Origin: Gemmatimonadota bacterium | Lineage (GTDB): Bacteria > Gemmatimonadota > Gemmatimonadetes > Palauibacterales > KS3-K002 | NCBI GenBank assembly: GCA_039586795.1 | Contig: JBDHJS010000029.1 | Span: forward strand, 1 to 46,855 | Direction of reading: 5' to 3' | Length of the DNA: 46,855 nt | Shown: in pieces, positions 1-9,257 of the stretch | How the letters are laid out: every line of letters starts with the position of its first letter | How positions within the stretch are numbered: position 1 is the stretch's first letter | Position numbers and translations under genes: made by a program | Notes under the pieces: generated by a model | Databases searched by the model: none | The model's input: the letters and a program-made list of their open reading frames with translations, nothing else | Told to the model about the DNA's origin: nothing

Positions 1-2403
1 CTGCTGCGGCGTGGCCGTTGCCTCACTCGGGTGCGTCAGGTCGTCGCCGTTCAGCGAGTAGGTGATCAACGCGCCGGACGGTCGGTTCTGACCGCGGAAC
101 TCACCATGCCCCGGCGAGCCCTCGCCCGCCGACTGATTGGTCCTGTACTGGATTACGTCGGGAGTTTCGAACAGGTGAACCGCCTCGGCCATCGTTTCCG
201 CCGAGATCGTGCGCAGCGGCCGGATGTCATCGATGATGTACGCCGAGCGGCCGTGCGTCCCGATCACCAGGTCGTGCTCTCGTGGGTGGATGACCATTGC
301 CATCGCCGACGCCGTCGGGAAGCCGTGGGTCCACTTGTGCCACGTCTCTCCCTCGTCCAGCGTGAAGTAGAGTCCGAACTCGGTGCCCAGGAACAGCAGC
401 TCTTCCTTCACTGGATCCTGCTCGATCACCAGCGCGTAGCCCCACAGGTTGTCCTGCGCTATGCTCTCCCAGTTCCGACCGTAGTTCGTGACCTTGTAGA
501 CGTAGGGCGTCCAGTCTGAACGGCGGTGGTTGTCGAACACAACGTAGGCCACTGACGGATCGAACTTCGACGGCTCGATGTGCGGTACCCAGGTGTTGTC
601 CGGCACGCCGCGAATTCGATCTTCAACGCTCTCCCACGTCTGACCGCCGTCCTGCGTAACATGCACCCGACCATCGTCCGTACCGGCCCAGATGACGCCG
701 CGCTCGATGGCGCTGGGCGCGATGGTCATGATCGTCGTGAAGTTCTCGGCGCCCGTCGCGTCATAGGTCAAGCCACCGCTCTCGCCTGCCTTCTGCCATT
801 CGGGGTTGTTGGTCGAAAGGTCGGGACTGATCGTCTCCCATGTCTCGCCTCGGTCAGGCGACCGGTGCACGAACTGGCTGCCGTAGTAGATGACGTTGTC
901 ATCAAATGGATCGATGGCGATGGCCGCGTTCCAGTTGAAGCGTAACCACACGTGATCCGGGTCAGCCGGCCGAACGTCCCGGGATTCACCCGTCGCTATG
1001 TTCCAGCGCCGCACGAAACCCTGCTGGCTCATCGCGAAGCCGATGTTCGGATCGCTAGGGATCGCTACGGTAGCGAAGCCGTCGCCGCCGCCGACTCTTG
1101 TCCAGTGATGGTTACGGATGCCGGATCGCTCCCACACCGTATTCGGCCCACGCCACGACCCGTTGTCCTGCAGGCCGCCCAGCACGTTGTAGGGTGTCGC
1201 CATGTCGACGTTGATGTGGTAGAACTGGGCCAACGGCAGGTTGCTGGCGAAGGTCCAGGTCTGGCCACGGTCGCGGCTCGTGTAGACGCCGCCGTCGTTG
1301 CCCTCGTAGATGTGGGTCGGGTCGTTCGGGTTGATCCACATCGCGTGGTGATCGGAGTGCACGCCGCCGCGAATCAGAACATCGAAGCTGCGACCACCAT
1401 CTGTGGACAGACTGACCCGCGAATAGAGGCTGTAGATCCGGTTCGGGTCCTTGGGATCGACGCGCAGGTCGTAGTAGTAGAACGGCCGGTTACCGATGGT
1501 CCCCTCGTCGTTGATCATTCGCCACGAGTGGCCGCCGTCCTCCGACTTGTATAGGGCGTTCTCCGTCGCTTCGATGAGCGCGTAGACGATGTTCGGGTCG
1601 GACGGCGCGATGGCGATCCCCATGCGGCCCAGATCGCCCTCGGGAATTCCGTCTTCCGGGCTCAGCTTTTTCCAATTACGACCGCCGTCCACCGTCAGGT
1701 ACAGACCCGAGCCAGGGCCGCCGGAGCGGAAGAACCAGGGCCAGCGCCGATAGTCCCACATGGCGACGATGAGCTTGTTCGGGTTGGTCGGGTCCATCAC
1801 CATGTCGGCGACGCCCGTCCGCTCGTCGACGTAGAGGATCTTCTGCCACGTCGCGCCACCGTCCACCGTCTTGTAGACGCCGCGCTCCGGGTTCTCGCCC
1901 CACTCCTGCCCCATAGCCCCGGCATAGGCGACATCGGAGTTGTTCGGGTCGAGCAGTACCCGGTGAATGCGCTCGGTCCCGTCCAGACCCATGTGCATCC
2001 AGGTGCGACCGGCGTCCATCGACTTGTAGATCCCGTTGCCACCGCCCGACACGCTGTTCCGCGGGTTACCTTCGCCCGTACCCACCCAGACGATGTCAGG
2101 GCTGGCCTGGAAGATCGCCACATCGCCGATGGCGTGGACCGGCTGGTCGTCGAACAGCGGCTCCCACGTCAAGCCACCGTTCACCGACTTCCAGACGCCG
2201 CCCGTGGCGGTGCCCGCATAGACGATGTTCGGGTTCGAGACCACCGCCTCCACGTCGGCGATGCGTCCGCTCATCCCGGCGGGCCCGATGGATCGGGCTC
2301 GCATTCCGGCGAGCAGGTCAGGATCGATCTGGGCGTGGAGCGGCACCGCCATGGTAATACCCAGCAGCGCGGCCGCACATCCGGAGATCAGGCGACGGAG
2401 CAT
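1..2403 (-). CDS. Secreted VPS10/sortilin-like beta-propeller (BNR/Asp-box repeat) glycosyl-hydrolase-like protein; 3' end runs off the left edge
   Basis: Missing from the ORF track because it has no stop in the window. Hand translation from ATG 2403 (GGAG RBS at 2411-2414) gives signal peptide MLRRLISGCAAALLGITMAVPLHAQ, then ARSIGPAGMSGRIADV, GGVWKSVNGGLTW, GEGNPRNSV and GIYKSMDAGRTW (Asp-box repeats). The same frame still reads as protein at position 1 (..YSLNGDDLTHP..). Confidence 0.9.
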   Translation of the reverse strand, partial: MLRRLISGCAAALLGITMAVPLHAQIDPDLLAGMRARSIGPAGMSGRIADVEAVVSNPNIVYAGTATGGVWKSVNGGLTWEPLFDDQPVHAIGDVAIFQASPDIVWVGTGEGNPRNSVSGGGNGIYKSMDAGRTWMHMGLDGTERIHRVLLDPNNSDVAYAGAMGQEWGENPERGVYKTVDGGATWQKILYVDERTGVADMVMDPTNPNKLIVAMWDYRRWPWFFRSGGPGSGLYLTVDGGRNWKKLSPEDGIPEGDLGRMGIAIAPSDPNIVYALIEATENALYKSEDGGHSWRMINDEGTIGNRPFYYYDLRVDPKDPNRIYSLYSRVSLSTDGGRSFDVLIRGGVHSDHHAMWINPNDPTHIYEGNDGGVYTSRDRGQTWTFASNLPLAQFYHINVDMATPYNVLGGLQDNGSWRGPNTVWERSGIRNHHWTRVGGGDGFATVAIPSDPNIGFAMSQQGFVRRWNIATGESRDVRPADPDHVWLRFNWNAAIAIDPFDDNVIYYGSQFVHRSPDRGETWETISPDLSTNNPEWQKAGESGGLTYDATGAENFTTIMTIAPSAIERGVIWAGTDDGRVHVTQDGGQTWESVEDRIRGVPDNTWVPHIEPSKFDPSVAYVVFDNHRRSDWTPYVYKVTNYGRNWESIAQDNLWGYALVIEQDPVKEELLFLGTEFGLYFTLDEGETWHKWTHGFPTASAMAMVIHPREHDLVIGTHGRSAYIIDDIRPLRTISAETMAEAVHLFETPDVIQYRTNQSAGEGSPGHGEFRGQNRPSGALITYSLNGDDLTHPSEATATPQQ

Positions 2404-2478
2404 GATCGGCCTCCAGCGTTGAGAAGAGAAAATCTTGGTTGGGCAGACAGGCAAGTTAGGGAACGGAGCCGTTACCGG

Positions 2479-4833
2479 CTAGTCGGGCTGATTCCTGAGC
2501 TGCTGCAGCCGCTGCTCGGCCTCGTCGACAAAAGGCCTCAACTCGGGATCACAGTCCTGCCAGAGCTCCGCGAAGCGAGCGTAGTGCTTCCTCGCTTCAT
2601 CTAGCTCCCCGAGCCGCTCGTAGATCTGGGCGCGCCTGAAGTGGGCCGGGGCAAGATAGGCAATCTCGTGGCGTTGCAGGTCGCCCAGCGAAGCGAACCA
2701 GGGCAGCGCTTCCTGCGCTCGGCCAACCGCGAGCAATAGCTCAGCCATCAAGTAGCGCTCCGCTGCCATCGAGACGACCGGCGACGCGTAGACTTCGTCG
2801 TAGTGTCCATCGAACAGCGCGGTCTCGAGCGACCGCAATGCTTCCTCAACCTCGCCGTGCGCGGCGGCCACCGCGGCGCGAATCCCAGGCGCCAGTGTGG
2901 CGGATAGGTTTCCACCGAAGGTCCAATTTACTTTCTCCAGGCGTTCGGCATACGCGAACGCAGCCGAGTCGTGACCGAGACGCGCGTTCAATGCCCCGAG
3001 CAGATACAGCCGGATTGCCGATTGTACTTCCACCGGCGGGAGCAGCATGACGAACTCGCTGGGCGGCAGGCTCGCGACGTCCCATGCCTCGACTTCACGA
3101 AGGCGCTCCTGCAGCACACTGCGGTCGTAGGGAGCGAAGGGTATCAAGGCGAAGACGGCGCGATGGCTGGGGCCGATGCGGTAGAGTCGATCGGCCTCGT
3201 TGAGCGACCGCTCAGCCTGCGACCACTGGCCGCTGGCCACCTCTAGGTATGCAAGCATGGTGTGGCCGGTAGCCCGCACCTGGGTCGGGCGTTGCTGGGC
3301 CGTCAGCGCGTCGACAATCCACCGAGCTTCCGCCGGGCTTTGGTAGAACGATGTGCCGGCCATCATCGCGCCATGGAGCCCGAGCGTCTCGACCGACTGC
3401 AGTTCGCCCTGTACCTGCGCCCTCATATCCGGATCGCCGCTGGCTAGCGCCTGCATCACGCGTATGTCGACAGCCAGCCAAGAGGCAGGCTCCGTTGCCA
3501 ACGCGCGGTACAGCAGCGAGTCGGCCTTCGTCAGCTCAGCCCGCTTGATGGCGAGGACCGCGAGGTGATGCAATGTGAAGATGTTATCGTGATCGAAGCT
3601 CAGAACCCGTTCGAACGGCTCCCGCGAGCGCTGCATCGACCGGCCATGAATCGGACCGAGGTGAAAGATCGATTCTGCCAGCATGTAGTTCGCTTCGACG
3701 TCGTCCGGATACTCGCCGAGGTACGCACGGTACGCGTCCTCAGCTCCGTCCAGGTCGCCGCGAAGAAAAGCGTCGAGGGCCAGCAGCAGCCGCTGTTCAC
3801 GAGCGGGTAAGCTGGCTCTGTCTCGCGCGGCCTGGGCTACAGCCTGCCGCGAAAGCTGGCCGTGACCTTCCCAAGCCATCGATACCGCGAGCTGATAGCG
3901 GGCCAAGACAAAGGCACCGTCCAACTTCAAAGCGTCTTGGAACGCTTCGTTTGCGGTAGAGAAATCCCCACGGGAAAGAGCGCTATGACCGGCAAGGTAG
4001 GCTTTCAATGCCGGAACTGACTGCGTCGTGAGCGCCGCCGTTCGGACCAACCGGTCTCCGGGGCTCCCGGCCAGATCGACCACCAATCGCCGAGCCAGTT
4101 CGTCGATGATCGTCTGGAGCTCGCCTTCTTGTCCCTCCACGGCTTCGGCAGTAGTGCGTTCGCCGCGGGTTACATCGTAGAGCGCCGCGTTGACTGCCAT
4201 GTCGCCTGGAGAGCCGACAACGCTTCCCAACACGTACAGCTCGGCGCCGAACCGAGCGGCGATTTCTTGCGCCGTCTGCGGGTCAGGGCCCGTACTACCG
4301 CTGACCGTGCCGAGCAGCGCGTGAGGATCCACGGTGCGCAGATCGCCCGCTCCATCGAGTGCCCCGCTCAGCAAGTGCGCAATACCTTCACGCAGGTACA
4401 TCAACTCGTCATCGCCGTGCACGACAAAAGGAAAGACGGCGATGCGGTTGGAGGTCAGGTTGGACTCCGCAGCCGGCACCCGGCTCCACACAAACCAGGC
4501 CGCCGCCACGATGACTATTCCAACTGCCGCCACGGTGATTCGAAACGGATGGACAACCGAACTCGTGGTTTCCCCGCCTTCGTCATTTGCAGCTTCGGTA
4601 CGGCGAACGCCTTCTGCTGTGATGTCAAACGCCCAACCAAGCACCAATGCGATGGGGAGGCCAACGAGCGTCAGGACAACAACGAGGGTAAGTACCCAGT
4701 CCGGCATTCCGAGAGCAGGGATCGCGATCTCCGCCACCTGCCAGATGACAAAAGCAACGGCGGAATAGACCACGGCCACACGGTAGACGCGCCGCCGCTT
4801 CAATTCGTGGAACAGCCGCTGAGCACGGGACAT
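2479..4833 (-). CDS. Membrane-anchored TolB-like/FlgO-like domain + TPR protein
   Basis: N-terminal ELKRRRVYRVAVVY, two TM helices ending LGWAFDIT and a third TM, then RIAVFPF..GIAHLLSGALD (TolB-like N-domain), TTQSVPALKAYLAG and long TPR repeats ending ARKHYARFAELWQDCDPELRP. Confidence 0.8.
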   Translation of the reverse strand: MSRAQRLFHELKRRRVYRVAVVYSAVAFVIWQVAEIAIPALGMPDWVLTLVVVLTLVGLPIALVLGWAFDITAEGVRRTEAANDEGGETTSSVVHPFRITVAAVGIVIVAAAWFVWSRVPAAESNLTSNRIAVFPFVVHGDDELMYLREGIAHLLSGALDGAGDLRTVDPHALLGTVSGSTGPDPQTAQEIAARFGAELYVLGSVVGSPGDMAVNAALYDVTRGERTTAEAVEGQEGELQTIIDELARRLVVDLAGSPGDRLVRTAALTTQSVPALKAYLAGHSALSRGDFSTANEAFQDALKLDGAFVLARYQLAVSMAWEGHGQLSRQAVAQAARDRASLPAREQRLLLALDAFLRGDLDGAEDAYRAYLGEYPDDVEANYMLAESIFHLGPIHGRSMQRSREPFERVLSFDHDNIFTLHHLAVLAIKRAELTKADSLLYRALATEPASWLAVDIRVMQALASGDPDMRAQVQGELQSVETLGLHGAMMAGTSFYQSPAEARWIVDALTAQQRPTQVRATGHTMLAYLEVASGQWSQAERSLNEADRLYRIGPSHRAVFALIPFAPYDRSVLQERLREVEAWDVASLPPSEFVMLLPPVEVQSAIRLYLLGALNARLGHDSAAFAYAERLEKVNWTFGGNLSATLAPGIRAAVAAAHGEVEEALRSLETALFDGHYDEVYASPVVSMAAERYLMAELLLAVGRAQEALPWFASLGDLQRHEIAYLAPAHFRRAQIYERLGELDEARKHYARFAELWQDCDPELRPFVDEAEQRLQQLRNQPD

Positions 4834-4864
4834 GGGTTTCCCGCGGCCGAATGCTGGTCGGGAC

Positions 4865-4915
4865 TGGGACCGAGGTCATCTAGGCTCATATTCACAAGAT
4901 GGGACTCAGGTCATC
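4865..4915. repeat. 16-bp direct repeat pair (TGGGACCGAGGTCATC / TGGGACTCAGGTCATC), possible regulator binding sites
   Basis: Copies at 4865-4880 and 4900-4915 match at 14/16 positions and start 35 bp apart, in the divergent intergenic region. Confidence 0.5.
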
Positions 4916-5106
4916 GGCCAGCAATGTTTGTTCATTGTCGCCTGCGCTACGAGGCGTTCCGCAAACCTTTCTGCACTTCTGCAAACATCTATTCACCCCC
5001 AATCACAGATGTCCCGGTCATTGTGTCCGAGCCGACTTTTGGCCCGGTCCGCTAGAGATTTGTGCGGCACCTACTTAAGGAAATCCTGCGTTCTTCGCGG
5101 CTTGAT

Positions 5107-5121
5107 CGGCACACGGCTTGC
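5107..5121 (+). promoter_or_regulatory. Putative sigma-54 (-24/-12) promoter
   Basis: CGGCACACGGCTTGC has GG-N10-GC spacing and fits the TGGCAC-N5-TTGC consensus, ~55 bp upstream of ATG 5176. Confidence 0.6.
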
Positions 5122-5175
5122 CCCTCTCAGCATGTCCCACCGCCGTTAGAGCGAGACGAAACAGGAGGGAAATCC

Positions 5176-6696
5176 ATGCTTATACGTTACAAATCCGCAC
5201 GGGTCCTGCTGCCAGCACTGGCAACCGTCGCGCTTGCATGGGGTTGCAGCGAGATGGACCTGACAGGCCTGGATAACTTCGGCGATCCGATCCAATTCTC
5301 CCACGAGATCACGTTGGGCGAGTTGGAAGACGCTCTGAGCGGCGAGATGGCGCGGCTGGAGATCCAGCTCTTGTCCGAAGGTACCGTCGCGCGCCGCGTC
5401 CTGGTGATGCCCGAGGGAATGGAAGAGGCCGAAGAGATCAAGGACCGGATCACAGCGATCAACGTGACGGGGGGCGAATTCCCCACCGGAACGCTGACCC
5501 TCGCCATGGGTGGTCTGGTGATCGGATTCGACATCGAAAGCCGCTTCGCCGCAAAGGGCTCAGACGGATTGACCTTCGGTCAGTTCGTCGAACGAGTGGA
5601 GGCCGCGCTTGACGACGGGTTGGAGCCGCCCGTCATGCTTGAGCGCCACCCACCTGACGCCCCGCAAGCTCCCGATGTCTCCGAGTTCTTCGCGATCGAA
5701 TTGACGCTGCTGGACGGGTTGGAAGAGCCCGAAATCGAAATCAACGTCGACGTCGATAATCTGAATCTAAACGCCGACCGCCAGGAGGGTGAGCCGGACG
5801 GTTGGATCAACGTGCTCGGTCTGAGCATCGATCTGCGCGTGAGCGACGGGATAACGGAGCTGGCAACGAAGGATGCGGATGTCTCGGACGCGGTAGAGTT
5901 CGAGGGATGCGTGCAGGCGGTAAACCTCGATGCCGGCTCCTTTACCTTCACCGACGGCACGGTGGTCCGCATCGTGGACGAGAGCTTGATCTTCGAGGCC
6001 GATGCCGAGTTCCCGCTCATATCTCTCGAGGAAGTGGCGGCGGCGCTGGCCGAGGGTCACAAGGTCGTGGCCTGGGGCGGTGGCTTGCTTGAGACCAAAG
6101 AACCAAAGGTCATCATCGGACTCGAGCTTCGCTTCGCCATCAAGAGCGAAAGCCAAGAAGAGAACAACAAGATCGAGTTCGAGGGCTACGTCACGTCGGT
6201 CGACCTGGAGGGCTCGTTCACACTCACGAACGGCACGGTCATCCGTGTCACCGAAGAGACCGTCCTCAAAGACCACGGCGACGGTGAGTCGCTGATGTCG
6301 TTGGAGGCAGTAGCGGCGGCGCTGGAAGCCGGTGAAGAGGTAGTCGCCTACGGCTATGGCGAGGTCGAGACGGCCGAGCCGCTGACACTGGTCGCCTGTG
6401 AAATGCGGTTCGTGCTGGTAGGTAGCGAGCCGCCCATCGAGGACTTCGAGGGGTTCGTCGCAACAGTGGACGAGACCGAGGGCTTCTTCACCCTGACCAA
6501 CGGGATCGTCGTCCACATGACCGAGACTACCCAGATCGGTCAGCCGGAGCAAGGTGACTGGCTCGACTCTCTCGGCGCAGTGGTCGAAGCGCTGAACGCC
6601 GGCCATAACGTGGTCGCCTGGGGCAAAGGCGAGGTCGAGAGCGTGGAGCCGCTGACGATCATCGCCACCAAGGTGACGTTCGTCATTTCCGACTGA
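5176..6696 (+). CDS. Acidic lipoprotein with three tandem DUF5666-like (OB-fold-like) repeats
   Basis: RBS AGGAGG before ATG 5176 and lipobox LAWGC. Three ~90-aa repeats start at 5896 (EFEGCVQAV), 6175 (EFEGYVTSV) and 6442 (DFEGFVATV); each contains FT(F/L)T(D/N)G, a (L/D)SL..V..AL..G motif and VVA(W/Y)G.G. Confidence 0.75.
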   Translation: MLIRYKSARVLLPALATVALAWGCSEMDLTGLDNFGDPIQFSHEITLGELEDALSGEMARLEIQLLSEGTVARRVLVMPEGMEEAEEIKDRITAINVTGGEFPTGTLTLAMGGLVIGFDIESRFAAKGSDGLTFGQFVERVEAALDDGLEPPVMLERHPPDAPQAPDVSEFFAIELTLLDGLEEPEIEINVDVDNLNLNADRQEGEPDGWINVLGLSIDLRVSDGITELATKDADVSDAVEFEGCVQAVNLDAGSFTFTDGTVVRIVDESLIFEADAEFPLISLEEVAAALAEGHKVVAWGGGLLETKEPKVIIGLELRFAIKSESQEENNKIEFEGYVTSVDLEGSFTLTNGTVIRVTEETVLKDHGDGESLMSLEAVAAALEAGEEVVAYGYGEVETAEPLTLVACEMRFVLVGSEPPIEDFEGFVATVDETEGFFTLTNGIVVHMTETTQIGQPEQGDWLDSLGAVVEALNAGHNVVAWGKGEVESVEPLTIIATKVTFVISD

Positions 6697-6748
6697 CTCC
6701 AGCTACCGGCGAACGCGCGAACACGCGGTCGCTGCAGCCTGCCACGCG

Positions 6749-6780
6749 AGAGGCGGGGAGCAACGCTCCCCGCCTCTTTT
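6749..6780 (+). terminator. Rho-independent terminator
   Basis: AGAGGCGGGGAGC-AAC-GCTCCCCGCCTCT, a perfect 13-bp stem followed by TTT, downstream of the stop at 6696. Confidence 0.85.
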
Positions 6781-6854
6781 GCATCATCCTAATTGGAGTG
6801 ACGAGCTCGAACCCTGACTGGCGGTTTGGCGTTCTTGATGGGTCGACGCTTGCT

Positions 6855-6900
6855 ATCATGTAAACGATCATGTAAACGATCATGTAGCTATCATGTTCTC
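6855..6900. repeat. Short tandem repeat, 12-bp unit (2x6) ATCATGTAAACG
   Basis: ATCATGTAAACG ATCATGTAAACG ATCATGTAGCT ATCATGTTCTC, directly upstream of the rhodanese RBS. Confidence 0.85.
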
Positions 6901-6922
6901 GTTCTTGAAGAGGAGTCCCACC

Positions 6923-7837
6923 ATGTCCACCAACGCGATGGCCCGCAAGCCGCTCCCAGCCATTCTTCTTGCCCTAACCGTCTGGCTGGCCGCGTGCGAT
7001 GCCGGCGACCCGCGCCAGCCGATGATCGTCGGTACCGACTGGGTGGCCGAGCGGCTCGACGATCCGAGCCTCGTTCTACTCCACATCGGAGATCGGGACG
7101 GCTACGATGCCGCCCACCTACCCGGCGCCCGCTACGTCGAACGGGCCGGGCTTTCTACGCCGCACGGCGAAGGGCTGATGCTCGAGCTGCCGCCGGTGGC
7201 CCAGCTCCAAGAGGTGTTCGAAGAGCTTGGCGTCTCGGACGACTCAAAGATCGTCCTCTATTGGGGCGAGGAGTGGGTCACGGCAACGACCCGCGCCTAC
7301 CTCACCCTGGACTACCTGGGCCTCGCCGATCGAACGTCCATCATGGACGGCGGTATGCGGACCTGGGTCGAGGAAGAGCGCGAAGTCACGGCCGAGTCCC
7401 CAGCGATCGAGCGCGGATCGTTCACGCCGCGGCTACACGCTGAGGTGATCGCCGACATCGACTGGATCGTGACGCACGCTGACGACCCGAACGTGGCGCT
7501 CCTCGATGCGCGCAACAAAGAGTTCTACACCGGCGAGCGCAGCGGCAGGAACATGCGAACGGGTCACATTCCTGGCTCTCGTAGCCTACCGTTCACCAGC
7601 GTCGTAGATGAAAGCACGCTCAAGTTCTTGGATCGAGAGAGTCTGGAGCAGATGTACCGCGCCGCTGGCGCCGACCCGGGTGACACGGTCGTCACCTACT
7701 GCCATATCGGCCAGCAGGCCACCGTCACCTACTTCGTGGCCAAGTACCTCGGCTACGACGCACGGTTGTATGACGGCTCGTTCGAAGAGTGGAGCAGCAG
7801 AGAGGAGATGCCGGTCGAGGTATCGACTGGGATATAG
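6923..7837 (+). CDS. Tandem-domain sulfurtransferase (rhodanese/SseA-like) with lipoprotein signal
   Basis: RBS AGGAG before ATG 6923 and lipobox LAAC. Motifs HLPGARY, MDGG, LLDARNKEFYTG, GHIPGS, active-site loop YCHIGQQA and the C-terminal LYDGSFEEWS rhodanese signature. Confidence 0.9.
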   Translation: MSTNAMARKPLPAILLALTVWLAACDAGDPRQPMIVGTDWVAERLDDPSLVLLHIGDRDGYDAAHLPGARYVERAGLSTPHGEGLMLELPPVAQLQEVFEELGVSDDSKIVLYWGEEWVTATTRAYLTLDYLGLADRTSIMDGGMRTWVEEEREVTAESPAIERGSFTPRLHAEVIADIDWIVTHADDPNVALLDARNKEFYTGERSGRNMRTGHIPGSRSLPFTSVVDESTLKFLDRESLEQMYRAAGADPGDTVVTYCHIGQQATVTYFVAKYLGYDARLYDGSFEEWSSREEMPVEVSTGI

Positions 7838-7843
7838 CGAACC

Positions 7844-8209
7844 ATGACGATCGAGAAGATCAACCTGGCGGAGAAGTTCGCGAGCTTCGATGAATGTTGG
7901 AGCCCGAAGATCGTCGGCGAGCTGAACGATTTCCACGTGAAGCTCGCCAAGCTGGAAGGTGAGTTCGTGTGGCATCACCACGAGGAGGAGGACGAACTCT
8001 TCCTTGTGGTGAAGGGCCGGCTATTGATGAAACTTCGCGACCGCGATATCGCGGTTGAAGAAGGCGAGTTCGTAGTCGTTCCACGGGGCGTCGAGCACCT
8101 GCCGGTCGCCGAACAAGAAACCCACGTGCTTCTGTTCGAGCCGAAGACGACGCTCAACACGGGCAACCTCAGAAACGAGCGGACCGTCGACCAGCCTGAG
8201 CGGCTCTAG
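7844..8209 (+). CDS. Cupin-domain protein (mannose-6-phosphate isomerase-like)
   Basis: WSPKIVGELND, GEFVWHHHEEEDELFLVVKG, VVPRGVEHLP and LFEP..TLNTGN. Confidence 0.9.
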   Translation: MTIEKINLAEKFASFDECWSPKIVGELNDFHVKLAKLEGEFVWHHHEEEDELFLVVKGRLLMKLRDRDIAVEEGEFVVVPRGVEHLPVAEQETHVLLFEPKTTLNTGNLRNERTVDQPERL

Positions 8210-9156
8210 CGCTCCTTGATCGCTTCGGCGTAGCCGGCCCGCTCGGTATGCGCGGCACCCGGCATCGCCGTTCGGCGTCGCAGTCCCACCGCCAACGTGC
8301 CGACGATGATGAGCAGCGACCCGGCGATGCTCCACGCATCCAGGTACTCCCCGAAAAAGAGCATCCCCCAAATCGTCACGAAGATGATCTGCGAATAGCC
8401 GATCGTGATCGCACGCGCGGCCGGGATTAAGGCCAGGCCCCTGGTCAGATACACCTGGGCCGCCTGCGTGCTGACTCCCACGCCGATCAGCGCGAGCCAC
8501 TCCCACAACGTCGGCCACACGAATCCGGAAATGAAGGGCAGCGTCGCCGGAACGGTAACAAGCGGGAAGAAGAAGACGATGACGAGCGGGTGCTCGGTCT
8601 TCACCGCTTCGCGCACCGTCACGTAGGCGCTGGCGCTCATCATCGCGCCGAGCAGCCCGATGCCGACACCCAGTGTGTCGATGTCCGACGCCGCGGCCCC
8701 GAACAACGCCGCCGGCCTCGTTATCAACAGCAGGCCAGCAAACCCTGCCAGAATGGGACCCAGCACCCAGATGCTCAGGCGCTCGCGGAGGAAAAAGGCA
8801 GCCAAGAAGGCCGTCCACAGCGGGTTGGTGAAGTGGAGGACCGTCGCCTCGGCGATTTGCAGCCGGGTCAGCGCGAAGTAGAAGCAGGAGAGCGCCGCGA
8901 AGCCGAAGAGGCCCCTCAGTACGAGGATCCACTTTCGGTTACCCCAAGGATAGATCCGGGCCCGCTTCACCATCCAGTAGCTGAGCACCAGGGTCACGAC
9001 TCCCCGGGCCAGAACGATCTCCTGGCTGGGCAACCCGCGGCCGGCCAGCTTCACGAAAAGACTCATCAGGCTGAAGAAGAAGGCGCTGGCGAGCATGAAC
9101 CGCGCGCCGGCAGGCAGGAAGGACAGTGCCCTCGCGGGCGCGGCGGAAGCGATCAT
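8206..9156 (-). CDS. DMT/EamA family transporter
   Basis: About 10 TM helices, with LRGLFG, EATVLHFTNPLW, FLRERL, LLITRP and GMLFFGE. Confidence 0.9.
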   Translation of the reverse strand: MIASAAPARALSFLPAGARFMLASAFFFSLMSLFVKLAGRGLPSQEIVLARGVVTLVLSYWMVKRARIYPWGNRKWILVLRGLFGFAALSCFYFALTRLQIAEATVLHFTNPLWTAFLAAFFLRERLSIWVLGPILAGFAGLLLITRPAALFGAAASDIDTLGVGIGLLGAMMSASAYVTVREAVKTEHPLVIVFFFPLVTVPATLPFISGFVWPTLWEWLALIGVGVSTQAAQVYLTRGLALIPAARAITIGYSQIIFVTIWGMLFFGEYLDAWSIAGSLLIIVGTLAVGLRRRTAMPGAAHTERAGYAEAIKER

Positions 9157-9257
9157 GGCCCCAATGTATCCGTCAGGCCCGTCCCGGAAAGGCGGCCCCC
9201 AGCGATTCGAAGCAATCTTGTCGATACTCCGGTACCTGCAGTAGGTTACTCCGGCCT

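Noticed and set aside
31..2604. Plus-strand ORFs of 120-213 aa here, and similar long antisense ORFs elsewhere (e.g. 15537-16826, 5767-6606)
   Set aside because: Antisense shadows of well-supported genes in GC-rich DNA, with no recognisable motifs.
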